Below are positions 27,740 to 38,171 of a stretch of DNA of 64,000 nucleotides, one piece after another (position 1 is the stretch's first letter; each line of letters begins with the position of its first letter). The stretch spans positions 2,624,001 to 2,688,000 of the forward strand of contig OZ253555.1 in assembly GCA_965262725.1 (NCBI GenBank), given 5' to 3'. Under the pieces are notes generated by a model. It did no database searches, was not told the DNA's origin, and saw only the letters and a list, made by a program, of their open reading frames with translations. The position numbers and the translations under genes are program-made. The DNA comes from Dehalococcoidia bacterium (GTDB lineage: Bacteria > Chloroflexota > Dehalococcoidia > UBA2979).

Positions 27740-27849
27740 TTCTGCGACCGGTGCGTCGCTTCTGCGCGCCCCTGCTCCGTAATGGCCCGCTCAGTGGACC
27801 GGAGTGCGTCCGGCAGCACCTGGTAGCCAGCAATCCGTATCTGGCGGAT

Positions 27850-27923
27850 TGGCTGGGGACCGAGGATTCGAACCTCGACTTACTGATCCAGAGTCAGCTG
27901 TCCTACCATTAGACGAGTCCCCA
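27850..27923 (-). tRNA. tRNA-Gln(CTG)
   Basis: TGGGGAC...GCTGA CTCTGGA TCAGT...GGTTCGAATCC...GTCCCCAGCCA. Confidence 0.97.
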
Positions 27924-28011
27924 GCGCCCGTCTGAAGCCTAGCAGTACGTCTGACGTCGGTCATCCGCGCGGACGCTTGCCGCCCCCGTTTGCTCACCGC
28001 AGGCTGTCTCG

Positions 28012-28656
28012 ATGCTCGAGGCACTCCACGACTGGCTGACGGCGTGGGCCGATAGCCCGGCCGGGCCCGCTGCGCTCGGCCTCCTCTCCGCGGCCGAGGC
28101 CATCTTTTTCCCGCTGCCACCCGATCCGTTGCTGATAGCGCTGGCCCTTGCCCATCCCGAACGCGCGCTTCTCTACGGAGCGCTAACGACCTCGGCATCG
28201 GTTGCCGGCGGCCTGATCGGACACTGGGTCGGGATGCGGTTCGGGCGGCCCCTACTGCAGCGCCATCAACGACGGAGCACCGAGCGAGTCGAGCAGCTCT
28301 TCCGGAGACACGGCGTCTGGGCCGTCGTGCTCGCGGGCTTCACGCCGCTCCCTTTCAAGCTGTTCACGATCTCGGCCGGAGTGCTCGGCATGCCGCGAGC
28401 GCCCTTCCTGCTCGCATCTGCCGTCGGGCGCGCGGGGCGCTTCATGCTGATCAGCGTGCTGATCTTCCTCTGGGGCGACAACTTCCGGGACTTCCTCGAT
28501 GATCGCTTCGACCTCATGATGTGGGCAATCGGCCTATCGATGCTCGGCGTTCTGGCGGTCTGGGTGGTGGTATCACGGCGCCGAAAGGCCCGTCGCCCTC
28601 CCGAGAACACAACCGAGGGCGCGGGCGACGACCTCGAGCGGAAGAGAGGCGAATGA
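28012..28656 (+). CDS. YqaA/DedA (VTT domain) membrane protein
   Basis: AEAIFFPLPPD, FTPLPFKLFTISAG, GRAGRF. Confidence 0.9.
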   Translation: MLEALHDWLTAWADSPAGPAALGLLSAAEAIFFPLPPDPLLIALALAHPERALLYGALTTSASVAGGLIGHWVGMRFGRPLLQRHQRRSTERVEQLFRRHGVWAVVLAGFTPLPFKLFTISAGVLGMPRAPFLLASAVGRAGRFMLISVLIFLWGDNFRDFLDDRFDLMMWAIGLSMLGVLAVWVVVSRRRKARRPPENTTEGAGDDLERKRGE

Positions 28657-28812
28657 GAGTACCCTGATGAGCGGGCGGCCGGAGGCCCGGCCGTGTCCGG
28701 CGACCCCCCGCCGCCGCCGCCACGATCCGCCAGTGGGCCCCTCCGTGTTCCTGATTTCCGCCATGGTCGTTACCATCACTCTCTGGCAACGCCGCGGGAC
28801 GGGAGAACACAC

Positions 28813-29799
28813 ATGGCTGACAGCCCCGGTACCGTCCCCGACAGTTCCCCTCCGAACGACTCGTCGGGCACAGACCGGCCTCATGATGCTCCCCACCCCG
28901 CGCTTCGCGCGCACGCGGAGATCGGCGAGCTGCGCGACCCGCTGTTCCTCGCCGCATTCGGCGGCTTCAGCGATCCGCAGGGAGCCGCGGCCGCAGCCAT
29001 CGACTACTTCGCGGAGCAATGGGACGCGCGGCCCCTCGCCGACATCGATCCCGAATCGTTCTACGACTTCACCGTCCAGAGACCCCGGGTCCGCCTCGAG
29101 GAGGGACTGCGCGTCATCGACTGGCCGCAGAACCGGTTCCTCGTTGCCTCCCCCGACGGCGCCGGACGCGACGTGGTCCTGCTCCGCGGTGCGGAGCCCC
29201 ACCTGCGCTGGCGCACCTTCGCGGAGGCTGTGGGCGCGCTGCTGGAGGCAGTCGGCAGTACGGAGAGCCTGACCCTGGGCGCCCAGCCGGCAGCCGTCCC
29301 GCACACCCGGCCGCTCCCTGTGACGCTCTCGGCCTCCGACCCGGCCTTCGAGGAGCGATTCGGGCTGAAGGCGCCCGGCTCCCGTTACCAGGGGCAGACC
29401 GGGATCGTCGGCGTGCTCAACCTGCACCTGCGGGCACGAGGTTGGCGCAATGCCAGCCTGTGGGCGCTGGCCCCTCACTACCTGACGATCGGTCCGAACC
29501 CCGCCGTGAGCCTCGCATTGGCGTCGCTCGTCGATCGGGGATACGGCACCTCCACCGGTCGCGACCCGCTCGAGAAGCAAATGGCCGAGTTTGACGAACA
29601 GGTGCAGCAGGCGCTCGCGCAGTCGAGCGAGGCCGCGGCTTATGTCAGCCAGCTGGAAGAGCAGTACGACGCCAACCGGCCGGCCGGCGCGCTTACACCT
29701 GAGACGGAGGCGACGGAGGGCAGCTCGGAGCTGCCCTCGACGTCTGACCTGCTCGACGACCTTGAGAGCTTCCTGCGCCAGCGCCGGGATAGCGGCTAG
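28813..29799 (+). CDS. PAC2 family (proteasome assembly chaperone-like) protein
   Basis: AFGGFSD, FYDFTVQRP, EPHLRWR, PHTRP, YVSQLE. Confidence 0.88.
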   Translation: MADSPGTVPDSSPPNDSSGTDRPHDAPHPALRAHAEIGELRDPLFLAAFGGFSDPQGAAAAAIDYFAEQWDARPLADIDPESFYDFTVQRPRVRLEEGLRVIDWPQNRFLVASPDGAGRDVVLLRGAEPHLRWRTFAEAVGALLEAVGSTESLTLGAQPAAVPHTRPLPVTLSASDPAFEERFGLKAPGSRYQGQTGIVGVLNLHLRARGWRNASLWALAPHYLTIGPNPAVSLALASLVDRGYGTSTGRDPLEKQMAEFDEQVQQALAQSSEAAAYVSQLEEQYDANRPAGALTPETEATEGSSELPSTSDLLDDLESFLRQRRDSG

Positions 29800-29849
29800 C
29801 CCGGCGCCCGCGCGCGTGCTCTTTCCGCAGTCGGCCTGGACGGATACTC

Positions 29850-31049
29850 CTATGCGGCGGTGAGCGGCAGCGTCGTGAGACCGCGCAGCAGAAGAGTCCC
29901 GCCACGTTCCGCGGCTCCCGCTCCGGCACCGATCGATGCATAGCGGTCGAGCAGCGCCGTGAACGCGATCTCCGCCTCGAGCCGGGCGAGCGGCGCCCCG
30001 AGGCAGAAATGCGGGCCCAGTCCGAAGGAGAGATGCCGGTTCGGCTGCCGCGCGGCCACGAACTCGGCCGGCCTGTCGAACTGCTCCGGGTCATGGTTGG
30101 CAGCGCCGAGCATGACGAGGAGCAGTTCGCCCCGCTCTACCGGCCGTTCCCCGACGCGCGTCCCCGCGGTCGCGACCCGCACCACCGCCTGCACGGGGGA
30201 GTCGAAGCGCAGCATCTCCTCCACGACGAGCGACGTGATCGACGGATCGACACGCATGCGGTTCGCTACCTCCGGACGATCCACCAGCGCGAGCATCCCG
30301 TTGCCAATCCAGTTCGTTGTCGTCTCCTGCCCCGCCACGAGCAGCAGGATGGCGAACGCGAGGATCTCATCGGTGGTGAGCTCCTCGGCCTCCCGCGCCG
30401 CGACCAGGGCGGAGATCAGATCGGCGCGTGGCGCGGTCCGGCGCTCCTCGACGAATCCCCGGAAGTAGTCCACCAGCTCGAGCGTCGTCGCACGCGCCGC
30501 TGCAATGGCCGCCTCGGAGTTCACGAGCTCGGTGGTCGCTGCGATGGCGCTCGACCAGTGCGCGAAGCGGTCGCGATCGTCGGGCGGCACACCCAGCAGC
30601 TCGGCGATGACGATCACCGGCAGCGGGCGCGCGAAGGCGGCCATCAGGTCGAACTCACCGCGCTCCGGAGCGGAGGCGAGCAGCTCGCACGCGACCTCCT
30701 CGATCCGCGGCCGCAACGCCGCGACACGGCGGGGCGTGAACGCGCGACTGAGGATTCCGCGCATCCGCGTGTGTGCCGGCGGATCGACGGTGAGCAGCGT
30801 GCGCACGTCGCCGAGAGGCGACGCGGCTCTCTGCTCGCGAACCAGCGCGCCGACCCGCCCGCCGGCCTGCTGCGTGTCCGACGAGAAGGTCGCCGGATCG
30901 CGCAGAACCGCCAGGCAGTCCTCGTAGCGAGTCAGGATCCAGGCCTGCAGGGCGCCGCTGCGATGGACGGGCTCCTCGCCGCGCAGCCTGCCGTACTGGA
31001 TATAGGGATTCCTCTTGAAGGACTCTACGAACGGGTTGAAGACGACCAT
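29850..31049 (-). CDS. Cytochrome P450
   Basis: DPPAHTR, AGQETT, EMLR, HLSFGLGPHFCLG. Confidence 0.96.
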   Translation of the reverse strand: MVVFNPFVESFKRNPYIQYGRLRGEEPVHRSGALQAWILTRYEDCLAVLRDPATFSSDTQQAGGRVGALVREQRAASPLGDVRTLLTVDPPAHTRMRGILSRAFTPRRVAALRPRIEEVACELLASAPERGEFDLMAAFARPLPVIVIAELLGVPPDDRDRFAHWSSAIAATTELVNSEAAIAAARATTLELVDYFRGFVEERRTAPRADLISALVAAREAEELTTDEILAFAILLLVAGQETTTNWIGNGMLALVDRPEVANRMRVDPSITSLVVEEMLRFDSPVQAVVRVATAGTRVGERPVERGELLLVMLGAANHDPEQFDRPAEFVAARQPNRHLSFGLGPHFCLGAPLARLEAEIAFTALLDRYASIGAGAGAAERGGTLLLRGLTTLPLTAA

Positions 31050-31159
31050 CAGCACGATCGTACCGTGACGCCGAGGCGGAGCGCAGGCCCACAACGGAGA
31101 TCCGCCCCCCTGATATCGTTCGAAGGACAGCAGCGAGAGCTCCACGATCGGCTGGTGCA

Positions 31160-32515
31160 GTGGCTACCGCCTACGACCTCGAACGGGCGCCACGGCCGCC
31201 TGCGGGGCAGTGGCAACGCACGCTACCGCTCGCCGGAACCATGGCCGGCCTCTGGCTGCGCTGGCGCTGGCTGCGCATTCAGCGTCGCCTCCTCGGGCAC
31301 GAGCGGATGGACGGAGCAACGCGCCGCTTCCACCAGGCAGCGGCACTGGCCGTGGTGCGGCGGGCCCTCAAGCAGCAGGGGCTCGTCGTCAAGATTTGCC
31401 AGTTCCTGGGGAGTCGCGCGGACATCCTGATGGACGAGTACGTGCGCACGCTCTCGCTCGTCCATGACCAGGTTCCGCCGCGGCCGTGGCCCGAGATGCG
31501 GCCGCTGATCGAGCGTGAGCTGGGGGGCTCGATCGCGGAGCTCTACGGGGAATTCGACCCCCGGCCGGTCGCCGCGGCCTCGCTCGCGCAGGTCTACCGC
31601 GCCAGGCTCCACGACGGAACCGCGGTTGCCGTCAAGGTCCAGTACCCGGGAATCGACCAGATCGTGCAGGACGACCTCAGGGCGCTGCGCATGCTGGTCG
31701 ACCTCTGGGCACGCATCGAGAAGATCATCGACTTCCGCCCCGTCGTGGACGAGATGGAGCGAACCGCGCCCGAGGAGGTCGACTTCATCCACGAGGGACG
31801 GTCGGCAGAGCGGATTGGTGCGCTGCTAGCGGACCGCGACGACGTGATAGTGCCGGGCATCTACTGGGAGCGCACGTCGCGCCGGGTGCTGACGATGGAC
31901 TACATCGACGGCATCCGGATCGCTGACGTCGAGGCGCAGCGGGCGGCCAGCGTCCACACTCCACAGGTCGCCGCGTCGCTGATCGATCTCTACAACACCA
32001 TGATCCTGAAGCACGGGGTCTTCCATGCTGACCCGCATCCGGGCAACCTCTTCGTCGTGCCGGGCGAGGAGCGGGGCGAAAAGGCGAAGATCGGGATCGT
32101 CGACTTCGGCCTCACCAAGTTCCTCCCCGAGGAGTTCCGCGAACAGCTGATCGTGCTCACCAGCGCGATCGTGAGTGAGCAGCCCGAGGCGATCACGGGA
32201 ACGATGGAGGGGATGGGCTTCCGCACGAGGGAGCGCGACCAGCAGACGTACGCCGCTCTCGGCGAGGCCTTCCTCGGCGACGTCCTCCGCTCGGGGAAGG
32301 CGTACGCCGATCAGGAGATGGTCGCCGACATCAATGCTCGGCTCGGGAGGGTGCTGCGCGCGAACCCGCTGGTCGAAGTTCCCGGCGACGTGATCCTGAT
32401 CGCGCGAGTGATGGGTTTGCTCTCCGGTCTCGGCAAGATGCTCGACTCCGCAACCGACCTGCTCGAGGCGCTGATGCCCTACCTCGACCCCGACATCGAG
32501 CCCGCCGCGGGGTAG
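31160..32515 (+). CDS. AarF/UbiB/ABC1 atypical kinase
   Basis: KICQ, AAASLAQVY, AVKVQYP, HADPHPGN, DFG. Confidence 0.93.
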   Translation: MATAYDLERAPRPPAGQWQRTLPLAGTMAGLWLRWRWLRIQRRLLGHERMDGATRRFHQAAALAVVRRALKQQGLVVKICQFLGSRADILMDEYVRTLSLVHDQVPPRPWPEMRPLIERELGGSIAELYGEFDPRPVAAASLAQVYRARLHDGTAVAVKVQYPGIDQIVQDDLRALRMLVDLWARIEKIIDFRPVVDEMERTAPEEVDFIHEGRSAERIGALLADRDDVIVPGIYWERTSRRVLTMDYIDGIRIADVEAQRAASVHTPQVAASLIDLYNTMILKHGVFHADPHPGNLFVVPGEERGEKAKIGIVDFGLTKFLPEEFREQLIVLTSAIVSEQPEAITGTMEGMGFRTRERDQQTYAALGEAFLGDVLRSGKAYADQEMVADINARLGRVLRANPLVEVPGDVILIARVMGLLSGLGKMLDSATDLLEALMPYLDPDIEPAAG

Positions 32516-32690
32516 CCTCCGGGGTGAGCCGTGGTTCAGGTCTCCCGATTGCGCGGCGCCTCGGAGCGGCGCACGCGCCGTGAGAGAGCCGCTCCCTCCG
32601 CCGGTCGCCGGCCAGTCTCCGGCGGGCGCGCCCCGCCCCGACGGCTTCCCCGCACGCCTCCGGCGTTGCTAGACTTGATGCGAGAGGCGC

Positions 32691-32766
32691 AGGAGTGTAG
32701 CTCAGCTGGCAGAGCAGCGGTCTCCAAAACCGCCGGTCGGGGGTTCGAGTCCCTCCACTCCTGCCA
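32691..32766 (+). tRNA. tRNA-Trp(CCA)
   Basis: AGGAGTG...GCGGT CTCCAAA ACCGC...GGTTCGAGTCC...CACTCCTGCCA. Confidence 0.97.
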
Positions 32767-32786
32767 GCTGGTTTAACTCGTGCCTT

Positions 32787-32873
32787 GCCCAGGTGGTGGA
32801 ATTGGCAGACACGCCGTCTTGAGGGGGCGGTGTCCGAAAGGGCGTATGCGTTCGAGTCGCATCCTGGGCACCA
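32787..32873 (+). tRNA. tRNA-Leu(GAG)
   Basis: GCCCAGG...CCGTC TTGAGGG GGCGG, long variable arm, CCTGGGCACCA. Confidence 0.96.
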
Positions 32874-32984
32874 CCGCACCCAACGCACAGCCCCGGTGAC
32901 GCGGCGCCGCCTGCTCGCGGCGACACGTCCCGGGGCTTGCTCATTCGCGGCCGGAGGCGGCCCGATTGCGCCGCCCCCGTCGTG

Positions 32985-33755
32985 CTAGCCGCCGCGGCGC
33001 CTCCTGACGACCCAGACGCCACCGGCCGCAGCCGCCAGGACCACCACGGCAGCCACCACGACGAGTGCCGGAGAGAGGCCTTCCCCGCCACCCAGCTCGG
33101 TGCGCGCCATCAGTGGTCGGGCGCCGGGATCCAGGATGTCGAGATCCCAGATGAGCTCGTCGCCCTCGACCCGGTCGGCATTGTGTTCGACAACGGTGCC
33201 CGGGAGCGCGATACGAATCGTGAAGGCCGCCTCGCCCAGCAGCGGGGCGAGGAGCGCCGGGTCGAGCGCCGCTCCGCCCTCGGCGCCGACGGCCGCTGCC
33301 GCCATGTCGCGGGGGAATTGCGCCTCGAAGATCCAGCCGTCGCCGTCGCTCTCGAGCACGAGGCTCTCGAATAGCCCGTCGGCTCCGACGAGCGAACCGG
33401 CGTCGCCAGCGTTCCCCATGAGCGCGCCGAGGGTAGCCGAGACATCGTCCGTGGAGGCGAACGGGACCGTCGCCCGCGCCCCGACGAACGTGCCGTCCTG
33501 GTAGGGCTCCGCCGACGCCCCCGGCGGGAGCCTCGACGCGTCGGGGGCCGTGAACATCGAAGCGAGGTCGGGGGCGCCCGCGCCACCGCCCAGAGCCCCC
33601 AGTGCTGCCATCGCCGAACCATCGATCGCCGAGAGGATGGAGACCGTCCCCGATCCGTCCTCGGCGACTCTCATGGCGATATCGATCCGGAGGCACCCGG
33701 TCAGGAGAATCGCCGCCAGAGGCGCCAGTAGCAGGAGGGGTAGCCGTCTCACCAT
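32985..33755 (-). CDS. LppM/DUF3153-like lipoprotein with C-terminal TM anchor
   Basis: Lipobox LTGC, DGSG, LPGTVVEHNAD...LIW, hydrophobic tail + RRRR. Confidence 0.75.
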   Translation of the reverse strand: MVRRLPLLLLAPLAAILLTGCLRIDIAMRVAEDGSGTVSILSAIDGSAMAALGALGGGAGAPDLASMFTAPDASRLPPGASAEPYQDGTFVGARATVPFASTDDVSATLGALMGNAGDAGSLVGADGLFESLVLESDGDGWIFEAQFPRDMAAAAVGAEGGAALDPALLAPLLGEAAFTIRIALPGTVVEHNADRVEGDELIWDLDILDPGARPLMARTELGGGEGLSPALVVVAAVVVLAAAAGGVWVVRRRRGG

Positions 33756-33983
33756 GACGTCTCCGTGCGCGGACGTGTGCCGACCGGTCCCGCCGCCCGC
33801 TCCGCAGGATCCCGTTCCCGTGTACATCGCTCCGTGCGGCTGAGCCCCAGGAGACGAGAAACGCACTCTACCATCGGAGTGTCGCTCAGCGTCCGCGTTG
33901 ACGTGCACACGCTCCGGGGATCCAATACGCTGGCAGCCAGCCGTCGGGCGGTCCGAGCACGGAGCAGCGCAGAGCAGCGCAGA

Positions 33984-34058
<75 letters not shown>

Positions 34059-34422
34059 ATCTCACGCCGTCGTCCCTGTCATCGTCGTTCGCACCATCCA
34101 TCGTCCCGCGGGCGATCGCACCATCGTGTCACGGGCCCGAGCGAGAGCGGTGCCCAGCGGGTCTGAAGGAGGTCTGAGGGCGGCGAGGCACCGCGGCATC
34201 CGGCGGCCTCGATCCCCGGCGCCAACTGCGTTGGTGCCCGAGCGGCTCGGGGCTACCATCGCCGACACGGGCAATCCACTGTGCCGCGTCCGACCACTCG
34301 CCTTGGCGCCGCGAACGGGGGGCGTGGTGTAGTAGCCGCGGCCGCGGTATGCGGGTAATCTTGCCGGGCTTGATAGTGTCGATCCCTGCAGCGTGCGGGG
34401 GCGATGAGGTGGGAGAGCGAAT

Positions 34423-35520
34423 ATGAGGATACGTCTTGGTGTGGCCGCTGCCGTGCTGGTGGCGGTGGTGTCGCTCGTCGCCGTCTCGTGCGGCGGGGAC
34501 GACGACGGCGGTGAAGGGGCGAGCGAGCGCGGGAACACGGTGCAGACCATCGAGGACCGCGACGAGCTGAACTGCGGCGTGAAGCAGACGCAGCCGGGCT
34601 TCGGCTTCAAGAAGCCGGACGGCAGCGTGGTCGGGTTCGACGTCGAGTTCTGCAAGGCGCTGGCGGCGGCGGTTCTGGGCGACGCGAGCAAGGTCAACTT
34701 CGTGGACGCCTCGAACGCGGCGACGCGCTTCGAGCTTCTGGCGTCGGAGGAGATCGACGTGCTCATCCGCACCACGACGGTGACGGCAGAGCGCGATGCG
34801 TCTCGCGCGGTGGACTTCGCGCAGACGACGTTCTTCACGGGCCAGGGCTTCGCGGTGCAGGGGGACTCCGACATCCAGTCCACGTTGGACATGGGCGGGG
34901 CGACGATCTGCGTGCAGTCGGGGACGACGACGGAGCAGAACCTGTCTGACCACTTCGCGGAGCTGGGTCTTGATTACACGCCTCTCGGCGGTGAGGACGC
35001 GGAGACGCAGGACGCATTCGTGGCGGGTCGCTGCGATGTGTGGACGGCGGACCAGAGCAACCTGGCATCGCGGATCTCGGCGTTCGACGACCCGTCGGCG
35101 TACCGGGTGCTGGGCCAGATCATTTCGAAGGAGCCACTCGCGCCGGGCGTGCGCGACTACGACAGCGAGTGGAAGGACGTGGTGAACTGGGTCGTGTACG
35201 GCCTGATCTTCGCCGAGGAGCTCGGTGTGACGTCGGGCAACGTGGCGCAGCAGGCGGCGAACCCGCCGAGCACGGCAGTGGCGCGTCTGCTGGGCGTCTC
35301 GTTTGGCGGCGGTGAGGTTGCGGACCTGGGCTTCGCGGTGGACCCGCAGTTCCTGCAGCGGGCGCTCGCGGCGGTGGGGAACTACGGCGAGATCTACGAC
35401 CGCACGATCGTGCCGGTGGGGATCGATCGCGCGTGCACGCTGAACGCCCTCTACACCGAGGACAAGAGTGGGTGCCCGCCCGGTAGCGGGGGCATCCTCT
35501 ACGCGATGCCGTACCGCTAG
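34423..35520 (+). CDS. aapJ: General L-amino acid ABC transporter substrate-binding lipoprotein (AapJ/BztA-like)
   Basis: GFDVEFCKALAAA, GTTTE, ISKEPLAP, VGNYGEIY, ILYAMPYR. Confidence 0.9.
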   Translation: MRIRLGVAAAVLVAVVSLVAVSCGGDDDGGEGASERGNTVQTIEDRDELNCGVKQTQPGFGFKKPDGSVVGFDVEFCKALAAAVLGDASKVNFVDASNAATRFELLASEEIDVLIRTTTVTAERDASRAVDFAQTTFFTGQGFAVQGDSDIQSTLDMGGATICVQSGTTTEQNLSDHFAELGLDYTPLGGEDAETQDAFVAGRCDVWTADQSNLASRISAFDDPSAYRVLGQIISKEPLAPGVRDYDSEWKDVVNWVVYGLIFAEELGVTSGNVAQQAANPPSTAVARLLGVSFGGGEVADLGFAVDPQFLQRALAAVGNYGEIYDRTIVPVGIDRACTLNALYTEDKSGCPPGSGGILYAMPYR

Positions 35521-35557
35521 CCTCTAGCGGAGTACGGTGCGCACGCACCGACCGATA

Positions 35558-35591
35558 CGAGGGGGGAGCGCCCGCGGGCGCTCCCCCCTCG
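35558..35591. other. Perfect 34-bp palindrome (intergenic stem-loop)
   Basis: CGAGGGGGGAGCGCCCG-CGGGCGCTCCCCCCTCG between binding-protein and permease genes; no U-tract. Confidence 0.7.
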
Positions 35592-35661
35592 ACCTATCCG
35601 GCCTCTTTCCCGCTATTATGCCGTCGACCGGTAGGCGAGTCGCGGAGGGGGTGACCGCGAG

Positions 35662-36873
35662 ATGGCTCAGCAGGCGGTGAGCGCCCCCGGGCAATCCCCG
35701 GCTGCGGCGCGCGTCCCCCTCCTCTATCAGCGCCGCGCCCGCAGGTGGTTCGTCCAGCTCGTCTACGTGGCGATCACGGCGCTCGCCGCCATCTACGTCG
35801 TCTCGACCCTCGGGCAACGCGAGTACGGGTTCGGCTTCCTGCCGCAGCCCGCCGCGTTCGACATCGGCAACCAGTGGTTGGTCGATTTCGACGGGACGAC
35901 CAGTTCCCGCCTCACGATCTACCTCGTCGGTGTGTGGTCGACGATACGAGTCGTCGTGGTCGCGATCGGTCTTGCGACGGTGGTGGGTGTCCTGATCGGC
36001 GTGGCGCGACTCTCGCAGAACTGGCTGGTGGCGAAGTCGGCGATGCTGTTCGTCGAGACCTTCCGCAACACGCCCCTCTACGTGCAGGCCGTGATCTGGT
36101 ACGCGATCTTGCTCTTCGGGCTGCCCGGAATCGCGCAGGTCATCAACGTCGGCGACTCGCTCCTTCTCTCGAACCGGGGCGTGGCGATCCCGTGGCCCGA
36201 CCAGCGTGGCGGTCTCTGGGGCGAGGCGGTGTGGGTCCCGGCAGCGTGGCTCGCCGTGCTCGCCGTCGGAGCCGCGATCGCACTTCGGATACGTGCCGTC
36301 CGGCAGCATCAGGAGCGCGACACCGGCGCGTTCCGCTATCCGAACCGCACCGCACTGACCACGTTCGCGGCGATCGCCGTTGCGAGCTACCTGCTACTGG
36401 GGATGCCGTTCGGGATCGACCGGCCGATCGTGGAGGGGACGACGTACGCCGGGGGCATGACGGTCCGCCCCGAGTTCGCCGCCCTGGCGCTCGCGCTCAC
36501 CGTCTACACCGGCGCCTTCATCGCGGAGATCGTGCGGGCGAGCATTCAGGCCCTGCCCGTCGGGCAGGCGGAGGCGGCGAAAGCGATCGGGCTGAGCGGG
36601 TACCAGCGGCTCACCCTCGTCATTCTCCCGCAAGCGCTGCGGCAGATGATTCCGTCGGTCACGAATCAGTACCTCAACGCAAACAAGAACTCGAGCATCG
36701 CGCTGGGCGTCTCCTACTTCGACCTGTTCTTCGTCGCGAGCATCATCTCGAACAAGATCGGACACGCCGTTGAGGTGTTCTTCATGATTATCGTGACGTA
36801 CATGATCCTGTCGCTGATCATCTCGGGCGTGATGAGCATCCTTAACTCACGCGTCACTCTGCACCAGGTTTAG
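35662..36873 (+). CDS. aapQ: Amino acid ABC transporter permease (AapQ/BztB-like)
   Basis: ARLSQNWL, FRNTPL, AEIVR, GQAEAA, KNSS. Confidence 0.88.
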   Translation: MAQQAVSAPGQSPAAARVPLLYQRRARRWFVQLVYVAITALAAIYVVSTLGQREYGFGFLPQPAAFDIGNQWLVDFDGTTSSRLTIYLVGVWSTIRVVVVAIGLATVVGVLIGVARLSQNWLVAKSAMLFVETFRNTPLYVQAVIWYAILLFGLPGIAQVINVGDSLLLSNRGVAIPWPDQRGGLWGEAVWVPAAWLAVLAVGAAIALRIRAVRQHQERDTGAFRYPNRTALTTFAAIAVASYLLLGMPFGIDRPIVEGTTYAGGMTVRPEFAALALALTVYTGAFIAEIVRASIQALPVGQAEAAKAIGLSGYQRLTLVILPQALRQMIPSVTNQYLNANKNSSIALGVSYFDLFFVASIISNKIGHAVEVFFMIIVTYMILSLIISGVMSILNSRVTLHQV

Positions 36874-36882
36874 GCGGACGCG

Positions 36883-38151
36883 ATGACCAACGAGCTGCCG
36901 CCTCTGGACCCCGCGGGAGGGGCGTTCGCGGCGCCGCGGCCGCGGCGCGTGGTGCTGCCGCCCCAGCGACAGCGCGCGGCCCGACCACCATCGGTGCGCG
37001 CCCGCGAGTGGATGCGCGAGAACCTCGTCCCGTCGCGGCGCGGAGCGCTGCTGACCGTCGTGACCTTCGGGAGCCTCCTCACACTGCTCGGGATAGTGGC
37101 CTGGTTCACGTTCTCATACGCGAACTGGCGCGTCGTGACCGACAACCGCTGGCTGCTCTTCGCTGGCGGCTTCCCGCACGACCAGGAGTGGCGGCTGTGG
37201 CTCGGCCTCGGATTCGTCTTCACGCTGATCGGCGCGGCCTACGGGATGTGGTCGAGCATCGGGCGACGCGACATCCTCTTCATGGTGCTCGCACTGATCT
37301 TCGGTGTGTTCATGCTCGCGCACGGGGACGCTGCACTCTGGTCGGCGCTCTGGTTCGTGATATCCGCGGCCCTGCTCGTGGCCGCGTACGCCGTCTGTCG
37401 CCGGGTCTCGAGGGAGCCCGGGCCCGGGCGGACGCTCGCGGTGAGGGCACTGAGCGCGGTTCTCGTGCTGTCGGTGCCGATCGTCTTCCTGCTGCTCATG
37501 GCCGGCGGCGGAGCCGACTCGAGCCAACTCTCGGGCTACCTCCTCAACCTGCTGCTGGCCCCCGCCGGAATCGTCGGTGGCCTGTTCGTGGGCATCCCGC
37601 TCGCCGTGGGCCGCGCATCGAAGATGAGGGCGATCTCGTGGACCTGCACGTTCTACATCGAGGCAGTGCGCGGCGCGCCGCTGATCGGCTGGCTCTTCGT
37701 CGCACTCTTCATCCTGGGCGACATCATCGGTGGCGACCTGATCGTCCGCACGATGGTCGTGCTCGCGGTGTTCACCGCCGCCTACATGGCGGAATACATC
37801 CGTGGCGGCCTGCAGGCGCTCCCCCGCGGCCAGTACGAGGCCGGTCATGCCATCGGGTTGCCCTACTGGAGAACTCTGCAGCTCATCATCCTGCCGCAGG
37901 CCCTGCGAATCTCGATCCCGCCCATCGTCGGGCAGGCGATCGCGCTGTGGAAGGACACCGCCCTCATCTCCATCATCCTGCCGCTGCGTGAGCTCATCGG
38001 CAGTTCACGTTCGGCCATTGCGCAGGGCGAGTTCATCACCAACCGGATCGAGGTCTACGTCTTCGCCGCGGTTATGTTCTGGATCGTCGCGTTCGTCATG
38101 TCGCGTGTCTCGCAGCGGCTCGAGCGCTCGCTCGGCGTCGGAGAGCGGTAG
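36883..38151 (+). CDS. aapM: Amino acid ABC transporter permease (AapM/BztC-like)
   Basis: [29 protein letters not shown]. Confidence 0.88.
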   Translation: MTNELPPLDPAGGAFAAPRPRRVVLPPQRQRAARPPSVRAREWMRENLVPSRRGALLTVVTFGSLLTLLGIVAWFTFSYANWRVVTDNRWLLFAGGFPHDQEWRLWLGLGFVFTLIGAAYGMWSSIGRRDILFMVLALIFGVFMLAHGDAALWSALWFVISAALLVAAYAVCRRVSREPGPGRTLAVRALSAVLVLSVPIVFLLLMAGGGADSSQLSGYLLNLLLAPAGIVGGLFVGIPLAVGRASKMRAISWTCTFYIEAVRGAPLIGWLFVALFILGDIIGGDLIVRTMVVLAVFTAAYMAEYIRGGLQALPRGQYEAGHAIGLPYWRTLQLIILPQALRISIPPIVGQAIALWKDTALISIILPLRELIGSSRSAIAQGEFITNRIEVYVFAAVMFWIVAFVMSRVSQRLERSLGVGER

Positions 38152-38171
38152 TAGCCACGAAGGAGCAGCTG

